Positions 8,716-19,098 of a stretch of 64,000 bases of DNA are shown here, piece by piece. The first letter of the stretch is position 1. Each line of letters opens with the position of its first letter. The position numbers and the translations under genes are program-made. The notes below the pieces were generated by a model. The model did not search any database, was not told the origin of the DNA, and worked only from the letters and a program-made list of their open reading frames with translations. Source of the stretch: Candidatus Hydrogenedentota bacterium (GTDB lineage: Bacteria; Hydrogenedentota; Hydrogenedentia; Hydrogenedentales; SLHB01); contig CAXXTH010000017.1 of assembly GCA_963668025.2 (NCBI GenBank), positions 1,472,001 to 1,536,000 of the forward strand, given 5' to 3'.

Positions 8716-10986
8716 ATGGCCAATGATATGACAGGGCTGGAAAAAGCTGCCTCCCAGGGCCGCGAAAATCAATTGCGGTTTCTGGTTAATGTGGTGGCGC
8801 GCCATTGGAAGCTAATAGCCGCCTCGGTTCCCGTGGCGGTTCTGGGCTATTTCTGTTTTGTCCAAGGCTACGCGCTGTTTTTCCAGCCTCCAGCGCCTGA
8901 GGTGCAATGGCGCGCCCAGACCCAGTTGGTGGTCCAGCAAGCGGAGTGGGAAAAAGAGATCTTCCGCAGCCTGGCGGGCACGCCGCTGTTCCGGGGAACG
9001 CCCACGGCGCTGGCGGGGCGCATTAGCGCGCGCGATTTGGCCGCCGATGCGGTGCATGCCATGGTTCAGGACGATCTTCTGAATGGCGGGCTGATGGGCG
9101 GCATTTTTACAGAAGAAAGCGTCGAAGCAGCCATCCAGCCTATCTCTTCTGGGTTGGAAGTCGTGCCCGAGGATGAAACGGGCGTCATCGGCGTGCTTGG
9201 AGCCGCATCGGGCCGGGAAGAAGCCCGGCGCATTGTCGATTATGCCGGGCGCAGTTTCATCGAGCGGAATCAGCGTTTTCTTTCCAATGAAGAGCAAGAA
9301 GCGCTGGACTTCGTCCATACGCAATTAAAAGAAGTAGGCCAGCGCCTGGACCAAGCCGAGAGTGATGTCTGGCAGTTCAAAAAAGAGATGGGTTTCACGA
9401 CGGGCGAACAGTATGAAACCGATTTGTCAGCGCTCTACGATGAGCTGCGCATGAACGAAGCGTCGCGCTCGGGCCTTAATGATAAGCTGCAAGAGATTGC
9501 GAATGAATTGAAGTTAAATAATGAAAAACTCCCCGAGGCCTTGGGGCAAATCAACGATGCCGTCATTACCGGTCTTCTCAATCAACTGAACACGCAGCTT
9601 CAAGAGCAGTTCACGCTGAGCGTGACATATACCCCCGAGTTTGACGATCTGAAAAACCTGCAAGCTGATATCGAGGACACGCAACGCGCTATTCTCGAGG
9701 CGGTGCGCAAGCTGGACGGAGAAGCCGATAATGGCCAATTGGTGTGGGATCGCCGCCAGTTTCTGCATTCGCAATACCGGCAATGCCAGATAGACCTTAC
9801 TTCGCTAGAGATTCGTGCGTCTACAGTGGAAACGCGCCTCGATGATATGATGAAACAATGGCCCGTACTCAGCGAAAAGCGCAAGCAGTTCGAGAGCCTA
9901 CAGCGCGCCAGTGCGCAATTCCAGAAGCAATTTGATTTGCTTGTGGATAAGAAAACAGAACTCGAGGATGCCATCCGCCGCGGTGCGGCTCCCGTCAAGC
10001 GCGGAGAGTACGTCACTGATCTAGGGATGACCAAAGGCCGGGAGTCACAGCATGGCTGGCTGGATTATTTCATAGCCGCTGTCATCGGTTTGCTGGCTGG
10101 TTTAGCGATTTCCGTTGCTTGGGAATTGAATGATACATCGATTCGAAGTGTCGAGGATGTGACGGAATATATCGGCCTTGATGTGATCGGCATGATCCCG
10201 CGCATGCAATTTGGCCGCACCTTGCGGCGGCCACGCAATCGTGGCAATTATGTGGCCATCAAAGAGGAAAGTGAAGTTGACGCCTGTATTGTGACCCAGC
10301 ATGATCCGAAATCGCCCATTTCCGAGGCTTATAGGACGCTGCGGACCAATTTCCAGTTTGCCACCATCCAACAGAAACCGAAAACTATCCTGGTGACCAG
10401 CGCCGTGCCGGGCGAAGGCAAAACCACTACCGCCGTAAATATGGCCGTCACATTCGCGGATAGCGGATTTAAAGTTCTTCTGGTGGATACCGACTTGCGC
10501 CGCCCTCATGTGCATCATGTGCTCAAAATGCAGCGCGGGCCAGGCCTTGCCGATGTGCTCCGCCAGGGCCTTGATTATCATCCTCTCGTGCGGCAGACGC
10601 GCATCAAAAACCTCTGGTCTATATCGAGCGGCCATGTGCCGCCCAATCCATCAGAGTTGATAGGTTCGGAGCGGATGCGAAATGTTATGCAGAGCATGGC
10701 CAGCCATTTCGATTTGGTCATCTGTGATGCGCCTTCGGTGCTGGTCGTGACCGACCCCGTGCTTCTGGCCACCAATGTGGATGCGGTGGTAATCGTGGCT
10801 TCCGCCACCTACGCACGCCGTGAAACGGTCTTGCGCGCCAAACGCCTGATGGAAACGGCGAAAGCCCATATTGCGGGCGTTGTGTTGAACGGCATCGACG
10901 CCACCCGCCGCCATTATTATTACTACTATTATTATTACGATGAAAGCGCCTCTGGCCACCACCGGAAACGCTGGTTCAACAGTTAA
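8716..10986 (+). CDS. wzc: Polysaccharide co-polymerase / BY tyrosine kinase (Wzc-like)
   Basis: Two TM helices flanking a coiled coil; SEAYRTLRTN; Walker A GEGKTT; DTDLRRP; C-terminal YYYYYYYY cluster. Confidence 0.9.
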   Translation: MANDMTGLEKAASQGRENQLRFLVNVVARHWKLIAASVPVAVLGYFCFVQGYALFFQPPAPEVQWRAQTQLVVQQAEWEKEIFRSLAGTPLFRGTPTALAGRISARDLAADAVHAMVQDDLLNGGLMGGIFTEESVEAAIQPISSGLEVVPEDETGVIGVLGAASGREEARRIVDYAGRSFIERNQRFLSNEEQEALDFVHTQLKEVGQRLDQAESDVWQFKKEMGFTTGEQYETDLSALYDELRMNEASRSGLNDKLQEIANELKLNNEKLPEALGQINDAVITGLLNQLNTQLQEQFTLSVTYTPEFDDLKNLQADIEDTQRAILEAVRKLDGEADNGQLVWDRRQFLHSQYRQCQIDLTSLEIRASTVETRLDDMMKQWPVLSEKRKQFESLQRASAQFQKQFDLLVDKKTELEDAIRRGAAPVKRGEYVTDLGMTKGRESQHGWLDYFIAAVIGLLAGLAISVAWELNDTSIRSVEDVTEYIGLDVIGMIPRMQFGRTLRRPRNRGNYVAIKEESEVDACIVTQHDPKSPISEAYRTLRTNFQFATIQQKPKTILVTSAVPGEGKTTTAVNMAVTFADSGFKVLLVDTDLRRPHVHHVLKMQRGPGLADVLRQGLDYHPLVRQTRIKNLWSISSGHVPPNPSELIGSERMRNVMQSMASHFDLVICDAPSVLVVTDPVLLATNVDAVVIVASATYARRETVLRAKRLMETAKAHIAGVVLNGIDATRRHYYYYYYYYDESASGHHRKRWFNS

Positions 10987-11045
10987 GCCAAGCCGGGCGC
11001 TAGCATTTCGCTTCCCCCAAAATAGCTTTTCGGGAGCTGTCGGCG

Positions 11046-12578
11046 GTGTTTTTTAATACCAACAAAGAATACCAGATCGGCCGCGGTGAAGTCGCGGAAA
11101 GCCGGGTGGAAGCGCCGTTCTTTGTTGCGCTAATGCTGGTTTGCGGGCTGCTGCTCATCTGCGCCCATCTGTATTGGCGGAATCCAGAAGTAACGCTGGC
11201 TCTTAGTTTTACTATGACGGTATTTGCCATCACTGCGCTTCGTGTTAGTTTCGGCGTCTATGTGCTGGTGTTAGGCATGCTGCTTTCGCCGGAGATAACG
11301 GCAGGTGCAGTGGGCTCCAAAGACCACGCTCTAAACATGCGCTATAACGATGTCCTTATTCTGGCCATTTTCATGGGCGTATTCGTCCATGTGGCTTGGA
11401 AAGGGCGCATGCGTTTTTGGATTCCCAGTCCCATTAATTCAGGCATTCTCGTATATTTCGGCATATGTATTCTCTCAACCTTGCTCGCTTTACGGCGAGG
11501 CTTGCCCTATTTCGATGAGATAACCGCGTTTTTCGTTCTAGTAAAAATGGTCGAGTATTACTTGATATTTTTCCTTGTGGGCAACGCGGTATCGAGTAAA
11601 GCAACCATGCGAAGGCTGTTGATTCTCTTTTTCATGACGGCGCTCTTCGTGGCGATTTATGGAATCGGACAAGTAGGCAAAACAGACCGCGTGGGAACGC
11701 CTTTCGAGTCAGAAGGCGCCGAGCCTAATACGCTTGGAGGATATCTCATGCTTGTGATGATCCTATCGTTGTCTTTATACCGGTATGCGCCTAGCCGCTC
11801 AAAAAAGGCCTTATTCCTATTGCTTTTCGCTATTGTTTTTGCACCTTTTCTCTTCACGCTTTCACGGGCTTCCTATCTTGCTTTAGTGGCCGCCATGATA
11901 GCCATGGGCATAAAAAGCCGGTCCTATTTGGTGCTTTCGATTGTGGGTATTGGCTTGTTGATATCTCCTTTTGTAATGCCTTCCGCCGTACAAGACCGAG
12001 TCAATTATACTTTTCAAAAAGGCGCTGGTGAGGAAGTCACGGTCGCGGGAAAAGACACCGGGATACAAGTCGATAAATCCACGTATGAGCGTATTTATGT
12101 ATGGAAAAAAGTTGGATATAACCTCCGTTATTTGCCGTGGTATGGCGGCGGCGTTTCGTGGGACACGGTCATGGACAGCCAATATGCCCGTGTGCTCATT
12201 GAAACGGGCCTATTTGGATTTGCTGCCTTTCTATTCATGCAATTCCGCATTCTGCGGACAACGCACCAAACGTATAAGTGGGCGGACGACTGGGTAGGCC
12301 GAAGCCTGGGACTTGCCACATTCTCTTTCACGATTGGCCTTATTGTCCACAGTTTTGGAACCATCTCTTTCCTCATTGTACGGATCATGGAGCCCTATTG
12401 GTTCCTGGTGGCGATGGCGGTCGTGGTGCGGGATAGGGCGATTCGGGACTATGTGCGGTCTAAGATGCGCCAGCGGAGTGAGGCCCCAAAAACGGCGGCC
12501 CAGCCATCCCCCCTCCCGCAGCCGGTTTTCCAGCCGGCACCGGTGCTCAGTCTTCGCAACCCAGATTATGTGGAATAA
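11046..12578 (+). CDS. O-antigen ligase / Wzy-family polysaccharide polymerase
   Basis: Many TM segments; EPNTLGGYL, TLSRASY and DSQYARVLIETGLFG motifs. Confidence 0.8.
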   Translation: MFFNTNKEYQIGRGEVAESRVEAPFFVALMLVCGLLLICAHLYWRNPEVTLALSFTMTVFAITALRVSFGVYVLVLGMLLSPEITAGAVGSKDHALNMRYNDVLILAIFMGVFVHVAWKGRMRFWIPSPINSGILVYFGICILSTLLALRRGLPYFDEITAFFVLVKMVEYYLIFFLVGNAVSSKATMRRLLILFFMTALFVAIYGIGQVGKTDRVGTPFESEGAEPNTLGGYLMLVMILSLSLYRYAPSRSKKALFLLLFAIVFAPFLFTLSRASYLALVAAMIAMGIKSRSYLVLSIVGIGLLISPFVMPSAVQDRVNYTFQKGAGEEVTVAGKDTGIQVDKSTYERIYVWKKVGYNLRYLPWYGGGVSWDTVMDSQYARVLIETGLFGFAAFLFMQFRILRTTHQTYKWADDWVGRSLGLATFSFTIGLIVHSFGTISFLIVRIMEPYWFLVAMAVVVRDRAIRDYVRSKMRQRSEAPKTAAQPSPLPQPVFQPAPVLSLRNPDYVE

Positions 12579-12645
12579 TCATGTTGGGGATGTGTTAAGT
12601 GCCGAGGCGTTTCACCGCATACGCGTGGCGTGATCGAATGTAGAG

Positions 12646-12738
12646 TGGCGGAGAGAGAGGGGTTCGAACCCTCGGAACACCTTATGAGCGTTCACACGCT
12701 TTCCAAGCGTGCGCCTTCAACCACTCGGCCATCTCTCC
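12646..12738 (-). tRNA. tRNA-Ser (anticodon GGA)
   Basis: Reverse complement reads GGAGAGATGGCCGAGTGGTTGAAGGCGCACGCTTGGAAAGCGTG...GGTTCGAACCCCTCTCTCTCCGCCA; long variable arm; encoded CCA. Confidence 0.97.
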
Positions 12739-12833
12739 GAAGAAGCCGCATTGTAGACATACCTTGGAACCTCTGTCAAACTCACCCGAATCGTTGGGCA
12801 AGGACGAGGAAATACCGGCGATGTACATAAAAA

Positions 12834-12946
12834 AGGACAAGAAAGCGGTAGCAAGCTACCGCATCCCATATGCGCTCTAAGTTCTTTTTATGTAACTATT
12901 TGGAGTGCGGAAGCGTGCTGCCGCTTTGGGTGCCGGATTTCGTTTG
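12834..12946. repeat. REPIN-like inverted doublet, copy 1 (copy 2 at 26185-26298)
   Basis: AAAGCGGTAGCAAGCTACCGCA...TGGAGTGCGG.AGC.TGCTGCCGCTTTGG is shared by both copies. Confidence 0.75.
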
Positions 12947-13086
12947 AATACCCGTTTCGACTCTGCGCGATATAGATTCGTGCCCGGAGCATTTTTAGAA
13001 ATCACCGAAGGCAAGGAGCAAGAGGAAACGCCTGCTTGAACGTTTATAGGCCCACGAGAAATGATGGCGAAGGGAAACTCACGATT

Positions 13087-14106
13087 ATGCGGCGAGTGTT
13101 TCTTGTGTTTGCGTTGATCGGCATGATGACCGGCTGCGCCCGCTTGCTGCTGGGGGCAATCGCCGACAGGCCGCTGCATTGGGATTGCCAACTGCTCGCT
13201 CCTGGCGGGCGGATCGACGCCATCGCACACTTGGGCGATGGAGTCGTCGTGGCGGGGACGCGCAACCTCGAACCGGGGCTAATCTTTCGGAGCACGGACT
13301 ATGGGCGGACCTGGACGCGGACTGCCCAAGTCGATAGTGGTGAGTTTCTAGGAACCAATGTGACGTGCATTACTTCTGCAGGCGGCGGCGTGGCCTACAT
13401 GGTGGCGGGCGACGCGACCGTCTGGAAGTCGGTGGACTGGGGCAGCACGTGGGCGCGGCTGGCGCAGGTTTCGCAAAGCCCCCGTCTCGATGGCTTTCAG
13501 CGCAGCTACGCCATCGTCGCGTTGAAGACCGGCGCCGTTCTGATGAGTGATACCGGTGCAAACGGCGGGCACGTGTTCCGTTCCGAGGACGGGGGCGCAA
13601 GCTGGACTGACCTAGGAGCGGTGTCGGAGAAGCCCGTGTATCGCTTTCAGATAGTGGGTGACGGTGTGATTCTTAACGGTTGGGCAGGGCGCGTCTTTAA
13701 GAGCGTGGACGACGGGCGCACGTGGAGCGGCACAGGAAAGCTGGTTGATGCGCCGCTATATGCGACGGAATACTTGGGGAACAGCATTGTCTTGCAGGCG
13801 TCGCATACGGGCGAGGTGTTCCGCAGTATAGATAACGGCGTGAGCTGGGTTTCAGCGGGAACGGTCGCCGACCCTTCCGATGATTTTGTAGGCCTGGGTG
13901 GCGGAGCCGTCATCTGCTCGACCTACCTGGGGCGGCGGAGCATGTATCTCTCCCGGGACTGGGGGCGGACCTGGAGCGACATTGGCCCGGTTCCGACAGG
14001 CGTGGCCGAAGATAGCCTGGACCATGTGATCCGCGTCACCGGTTCTGGCGTCAATGCGGCGGTCGGCGGAACGTGGAATGGCTACATCGTCCGATTGGAT
14101 TGGTGA
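13087..14106 (+). CDS. BNR/Asp-box repeat beta-propeller protein, probable lipoprotein
   Basis: Repeated S.D.G.TW motifs; MTGC lipobox. Confidence 0.8.
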   Translation: MRRVFLVFALIGMMTGCARLLLGAIADRPLHWDCQLLAPGGRIDAIAHLGDGVVVAGTRNLEPGLIFRSTDYGRTWTRTAQVDSGEFLGTNVTCITSAGGGVAYMVAGDATVWKSVDWGSTWARLAQVSQSPRLDGFQRSYAIVALKTGAVLMSDTGANGGHVFRSEDGGASWTDLGAVSEKPVYRFQIVGDGVILNGWAGRVFKSVDDGRTWSGTGKLVDAPLYATEYLGNSIVLQASHTGEVFRSIDNGVSWVSAGTVADPSDDFVGLGGGAVICSTYLGRRSMYLSRDWGRTWSDIGPVPTGVAEDSLDHVIRVTGSGVNAAVGGTWNGYIVRLDW

Positions 14107-14154
14107 AGTGGTTTTCAGTTGGAGTTCCACCACTTTCCCAATTATCATTCAAGC

Positions 14155-14901
14155 CTAAACACTCATGCTCTCACCGGCGGAGTCCAACGCTGTTGATTTC
14201 GACGAAGCCGCGCCCAAAATATCGTTGATGATCACCCCAGCCGCCGTGAGTCCGATTATTCCGGGTATGAAAGACAAAGAACCATAGGACCGGCTGGCCG
14301 ATGCGGGTTCTTTTTCGGCGCATGCGGGTTCGGATGAATACACACAGCGAACACCGCGTTGAATACCGCAGGCGCGCAGGGCGAGGCGTACGCGCTTGGC
14401 CAAGGGACAGTATTGGGTGGCGGCGATATCCGCCACTTGAATGCGGGTGGGATCGAGCCGGCGGGCAGCGCCCATGCAGGATACAAAGGGGATGCCACGT
14501 GCGCAAAATAAGCGAATCAAGGCGATTTTGGCGTCGAGTGAATCGATGGCGTCCACGCCGTATCCCACGCCGGATGGTATAAGGCTGTCCGCATTTTCGG
14601 GAGTGATGCGTGCTTGAATGGGTGTGATGATTCCATCCGGATGGATGAGGGCGGCACGTTGGCGGACTATCTCGACTTTGGCTTGGCCCACGGTGTTGTC
14701 CAAGGCCACGAGCTGGCGGTTGATGTTGCTAGCTTCGACCGTATCGGCGTCGATGGCCACAATATGGCCAATTCCCGCCCGCACAAGCGCTTCGAATGCA
14801 TAGGAGCCCACGCCTCCTAATCCGCACACCACTACGGTGGCGCTTCTAAGGCGGCACATGCCGTCCTCGCCGACTAATTGACGGGTTCTTGAAAACCGCA
14901 T
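14155..14901 (-). CDS. tcdA: tRNA threonylcarbamoyladenosine dehydratase (ThiF family)
   Basis: GLGGVGS, SNINRQ, DAIDS, SCMGAA..DPT and CPLAK.VR motifs. Confidence 0.88.
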   Translation of the reverse strand: MRFSRTRQLVGEDGMCRLRSATVVVCGLGGVGSYAFEALVRAGIGHIVAIDADTVEASNINRQLVALDNTVGQAKVEIVRQRAALIHPDGIITPIQARITPENADSLIPSGVGYGVDAIDSLDAKIALIRLFCARGIPFVSCMGAARRLDPTRIQVADIAATQYCPLAKRVRLALRACGIQRGVRCVYSSEPACAEKEPASASRSYGSLSFIPGIIGLTAAGVIINDILGAASSKSTALDSAGESMSV

Positions 14902-14971
14902 AATGCTTCTCCGTTGGCCAGCCTAAAGGCTTGCGCCATGGCGTGTTAGCACCTAATTCCGGATGGCGGCG

Positions 14972-15742
14972 CTATATGTGGAATCCGAATAGCTGGGCGG
15001 CGTTGGATGAGGTGGTTTCGGCTACTTGCTCTTCGGATTCGCCTAATGCTTCCGCCGCCGCCCGGAGAGTATACACGATGTTAGCGGGGGTATTTATATC
15101 GCCTTTCGCGCCCAGGGGGAGCATGTCCGGGCTGTCGGTCTCCAGCAGGAGAAAATCCGGATAGATGCGCCGGAGCAGGCGTTCGCGTTTAGGGCTGCTG
15201 CGATAGGTGAGAGAACGCCCGAGGGAAAATCGCATGCCGTACGGGAGCAACGCATCAGCGATCTCCGCGTTTCCACTGTACGCGTGGATGAGCCCGCCGC
15301 ATGGCGGTGCGCCGATTGATTTTAGGACACCCAGCAAGACATCAAACGCCCCACGGCAATGGATGACCGGGGGCAGATTTATTTCCCGAGCGATGGCGAG
15401 TTGCGCCCGGAAAACCGCCAATTGTAATTCCATAGGCGGCGTCTCGATTTTAGCGTCCAGCCCGATCTCGCCGATGGCGCACGCGCCATGCTCGCGCGCC
15501 ACCTCAAGGCCGCGGACGGCGTCCAGATCTTCTGTCCGCACGAACCATGGATGAACCCCCCAAGCGAACGCAACCTCCGGAAACCGCTGTGCAAGAGATT
15601 CGGAACGTGGCCACTGGCTGGCGGACACGGAAGCAGTAACGAGCTTAATGATACCCGCTTTGCACGCCTCCGCGATCACGGCCTCCGCCGAATCCCATAA
15701 TTCCTCACTCTCCAAATGGCAATGGGCATCGACGATACGCAT
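14972..15742 (-). CDS. tatD: TatD-family hydrolase
   Basis: DAHCHL, GVHPW, IGEIGLD, IHCR and LLETDSP motifs. Confidence 0.9.
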   Translation of the reverse strand: MRIVDAHCHLESEELWDSAEAVIAEACKAGIIKLVTASVSASQWPRSESLAQRFPEVAFAWGVHPWFVRTEDLDAVRGLEVAREHGACAIGEIGLDAKIETPPMELQLAVFRAQLAIAREINLPPVIHCRGAFDVLLGVLKSIGAPPCGGLIHAYSGNAEIADALLPYGMRFSLGRSLTYRSSPKRERLLRRIYPDFLLLETDSPDMLPLGAKGDINTPANIVYTLRAAAEALGESEEQVAETTSSNAAQLFGFHI

Positions 15743-16086
15743 GGCTTGTTTCCTTTCTTGGGAAAACTATAGCAGAATGCAAGGACGAGAAGGATATTAG
15801 GCAGGCATTTCTTGTCGCTTCACTGCTGTGATAAACTGGATGTGCTCTCTGGTTGCAGTATTTGATCCAGATCTTAATACGCTTGTTTGCGTATGACGAA
15901 TGGAACACCGGTACTTGATATGAATTCGCGTCATTTTTACAGTAATATTTTCTGTATATGCAAATCATTCGGCATGCTGGCTTGCAAAGCCGCCCTATTC
16001 TTGAAAGGATAGCCTAGGCCGTGTAATTGATTAGCCAATAAGCAGCGCAATGCATTTAAAGAAAGAGGAATCGAAAGGAATAGCAC

Positions 16087-17520
16087 ATGAAGGTGCTTTT
16101 TGTAACGGAAGTAAATCATTTTAATTACAGCGAACCGCTCGGTGTGATGCTGCTTATTTCTATCTTGAAAAAGCTGGGCCATGAGATTCGTTTGTGCGTC
16201 GAGAATGAAAGAAAGCTGGAGCAAATCCTGGATGAGTGGAAACCTCAAGTCGTAGCCTACTCGATCACCACACGCGGCCATCGAAGTTGTTTTGATCTTA
16301 ACTTTCGCTTGAAACAAAAATTCCCGTTCTTAAGCGTATTTGGCGGGCCTCACCCGACTTTTTTCCCGGATTGTATAGAAGAGAAAGGCGTTGATGTGAT
16401 TTGCCGGGGAGAAGGCGAGGGAGCGATTGCTGAACTGGCTCAAGCCATTGATGCCGGTGAAAGCTTAAATCAAATCCCAAATCTGTGGGTAAAAGACGCT
16501 GAAGGCCAGATTCATAAGAACGAAGTCCGGCCACTTATCGAGGATCTAGACGGATTGCCCTTCCCAGACCGGGAGCTATTTTACGCCATTTATGATCGAC
16601 CCGGCTTGCAGAATATAGCCAAATTCATGGTAGGCAGGGGATGCCCATTTAATTGCACCTATTGTTATAACAATAAATACTTCAAGCTATATTCAGGAAA
16701 AGGAACCAGGTTGAGGTACCGTTCCCCAGAGAATGTAGTCGAAGAAGCAGCTATAGTTTTAGATAAATATCCATTTGAGATGGCTTATTTCGTGGATGAC
16801 TGTTTTCCCACGGACAAGGAATGGGTGGAGCGGTTTCGAGCGTTATATAAGGCGCGCATTGGAAGGCGTTTTGTGTGCTACCAGCGCGTGGAGCGCATTA
16901 CGCAGGAATGGTGCGATGCCATAAGCGACTCCGGCTGCCATGCCATTTGCATCGGTGTGGAAACGGGCAATGAAGTCATACGCAATGAGATCTTGCACCG
17001 GTATCACACCAATGAGGATATTATCGCCGCGTGCGAAGCCATGCATGCGTCTGGTATCAAGATCATGGCATCCAATATGCTCGGATTTCCAAACGAAACG
17101 TTAGAAAATTCGCTGGAAACGCTGGATTTGAACCTAAGAATCAAACCAGCACATGCGAGCGGGTGCATATTACAGCCATTTCCGAATACGGAGTTATACG
17201 AGATGGCTGTGCAGATGCACATTTATGACGGCGATGTGTCTGATGTGGGGAATTTTCACAAAAGCCCCGATACTTGGAAATTGGAGCACAAAGAGGAAAT
17301 GGTGCGCTTGCGCGCCTTATTCGCGCTGGTAGTGGTATTTCCCTTCTTGCGTCCTTTGGTTCCCATGCTGCTCCGCTTGCCGCTCGATGCGTTGTACCAG
17401 GTGATCAGCAAAGTGGTTGTTGCTTATGTCTTCAAGTTTCGCCTGTTGCCGGTTCATCTTGGCGTACGACGGTTTGTTCGCTTGATGGTGCGGTTCGCGT
17501 TATCCCGTGAACCGGGATGA
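16087..17520 (+). CDS. B12-binding radical SAM protein
   Basis: GGPHPT, GEGE, CPFNCTYC; lower GC than flanking genes. Confidence 0.9.
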   Translation: MKVLFVTEVNHFNYSEPLGVMLLISILKKLGHEIRLCVENERKLEQILDEWKPQVVAYSITTRGHRSCFDLNFRLKQKFPFLSVFGGPHPTFFPDCIEEKGVDVICRGEGEGAIAELAQAIDAGESLNQIPNLWVKDAEGQIHKNEVRPLIEDLDGLPFPDRELFYAIYDRPGLQNIAKFMVGRGCPFNCTYCYNNKYFKLYSGKGTRLRYRSPENVVEEAAIVLDKYPFEMAYFVDDCFPTDKEWVERFRALYKARIGRRFVCYQRVERITQEWCDAISDSGCHAICIGVETGNEVIRNEILHRYHTNEDIIAACEAMHASGIKIMASNMLGFPNETLENSLETLDLNLRIKPAHASGCILQPFPNTELYEMAVQMHIYDGDVSDVGNFHKSPDTWKLEHKEEMVRLRALFALVVVFPFLRPLVPMLLRLPLDALYQVISKVVVAYVFKFRLLPVHLGVRRFVRLMVRFALSREPG

Positions 17521-17529
17521 TGCGCCCGC

Positions 17530-18939
17530 ATGATGGAGGTAAAAGCCATGGAATACCGTATTGAGAAAGACACCATGGGAGAAATGCAAGTGCCCGTGGG
17601 CCGGTATTATGGATGCCAAACCGCGCGGTCCCTGGTGTTTTTCAAAATAGGCGCGGAGCGCATGCCGTGCGAGGTCATCCGGGCGCTGGGCGTACTCAAA
17701 AAAGCGGCGGCTATGGTGAATATGGACCTCGGCTTGCTTGATTCGCGATTGGGCGGCGCGATTTGCCAAGCGGCGGATGAAGTCATTTCCGGCGCGCTCG
17801 ATGATCACTTTCCCCTTTCGATCTGGCAGACCGGAAGCGGCACGCAGACCAATATGAACGCCAACGAGGTCATCGCCAACCGCGCCATCGAACTCCTTGG
17901 CGGCGTGCTCGGCAGCAAGAATCCCGTGCATCCGAATGACCATGTAAACATGTCGCAGTCGTCCAACGACACTTTCCCGACGGCTATGAGCATCGCAGCC
18001 GTCGAGCAACTCACGCATCAGCTTATACCCGCGCTCGAAAAACTGCGCGACGCTTTTGAAAGCAAGGCGGACGATTTCGAGCACATCATCAAGATTGGCC
18101 GCACGCATCTCATGGACGCCGTGCCGCTCACGCTGGGCCAGGAATTCTCGGGGTATGTGAAGATGCTGGGCAATGGCATCGAGCGCGTGGCGTCCACCTT
18201 GCCCAAATTGGCCGAACTGGCTATCGGCGGCACCGCCGTGGGCACGGGCCTCAATACGAAAAAAGGCTATGACATCAAGGTCGCCGAGCAGATTAGCAAG
18301 GTCACGGGCCTGCCGTTCAAGGCCGCGCCGAACAAATTCGAGGCGCTGGCGGCCCATGATGCGCTGGTGATGGGGTCGGGCGCGCTCAAGACCGTGGCGT
18401 GCAGCCTCATGAAAATCGCCAATGACATCCGCTGGCTCGCTTCGGGGCCACGCTGCGGCCTGGGCGAGCTTTCCCTGCCTGCGAACGAACCCGGCTCCTC
18501 CATCATGCCCGGCAAGGTGAATCCCACCCAATGCGAGGCGGTGACCATGGTGGCGGCGCAGGTGCTTGGGAACGACGCCACAATCAACATCGCAGGAGCG
18601 TCGGGCCATTTCGAGCTGAATGTCTTTAAACCCGTGATCATCTACAATTTTCTGCAATCGGTCCGGCTGCTGGCCGACGCCTCCGTTTCGTTCGCTGACC
18701 ATTGCGTCGTGGGCATCGAGGCGAACGAGGCGCGTATCCAGGCTCTGCTGAACGAATCACTGATGCTCGTTACGGCCTTGAACCGCCGCATCGGATACGA
18801 CAATGCCGCCCGCATCGCTAAAACCGCCCACGCCCATGGCACAACTCTCAAGGAAGAGGCCGTTAAACTGGGATTCATGACGGCGGAAGAATTTGATCAA
18901 GCCGTGGACCCAAGCAAGATGCTGGGGCCATCGGAATAG
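17530..18939 (+). CDS. fumC: Class II fumarate hydratase
   Basis: [21 protein letters not shown] and [11 protein letters not shown] signature. Confidence 0.97.
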   Translation: MMEVKAMEYRIEKDTMGEMQVPVGRYYGCQTARSLVFFKIGAERMPCEVIRALGVLKKAAAMVNMDLGLLDSRLGGAICQAADEVISGALDDHFPLSIWQTGSGTQTNMNANEVIANRAIELLGGVLGSKNPVHPNDHVNMSQSSNDTFPTAMSIAAVEQLTHQLIPALEKLRDAFESKADDFEHIIKIGRTHLMDAVPLTLGQEFSGYVKMLGNGIERVASTLPKLAELAIGGTAVGTGLNTKKGYDIKVAEQISKVTGLPFKAAPNKFEALAAHDALVMGSGALKTVACSLMKIANDIRWLASGPRCGLGELSLPANEPGSSIMPGKVNPTQCEAVTMVAAQVLGNDATINIAGASGHFELNVFKPVIIYNFLQSVRLLADASVSFADHCVVGIEANEARIQALLNESLMLVTALNRRIGYDNAARIAKTAHAHGTTLKEEAVKLGFMTAEEFDQAVDPSKMLGPSE

Positions 18940-18952
18940 GGAGGCCGGAAAC

Positions 18953-19098
18953 GCGTTGTGGGGAACCCTTTCTTTCTCAGAAAGGGTTCCCCACACCCCT
19001 CCCAAAGAACCTCGATTTCGCTTCGCGAATAACGCCCAGTTGAAAGTTTTTGGAAAGGGGTGCGGGGAAAACCTTTTTTCAAAAAGGTTTTCTCCGCT
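18953..19098. repeat. Double-hairpin intergenic element between convergent fumC and rlmB
   Basis: GGGGAACCCTTTCT..AGAAAGGGTTCCCC and GCGGGGAAAACCTTTTT.CAAAAAGGTTTTCTCCGC. Confidence 0.6.

Noticed and set aside
12646-12738. tRNA-Ser as an integration site
   Set aside because: No integrase and no duplicated tRNA 3' end seen in the window
17500-18702. 400-aa ORF on the minus strand
   Set aside because: Antisense shadow of fumC, typical of high-GC DNA
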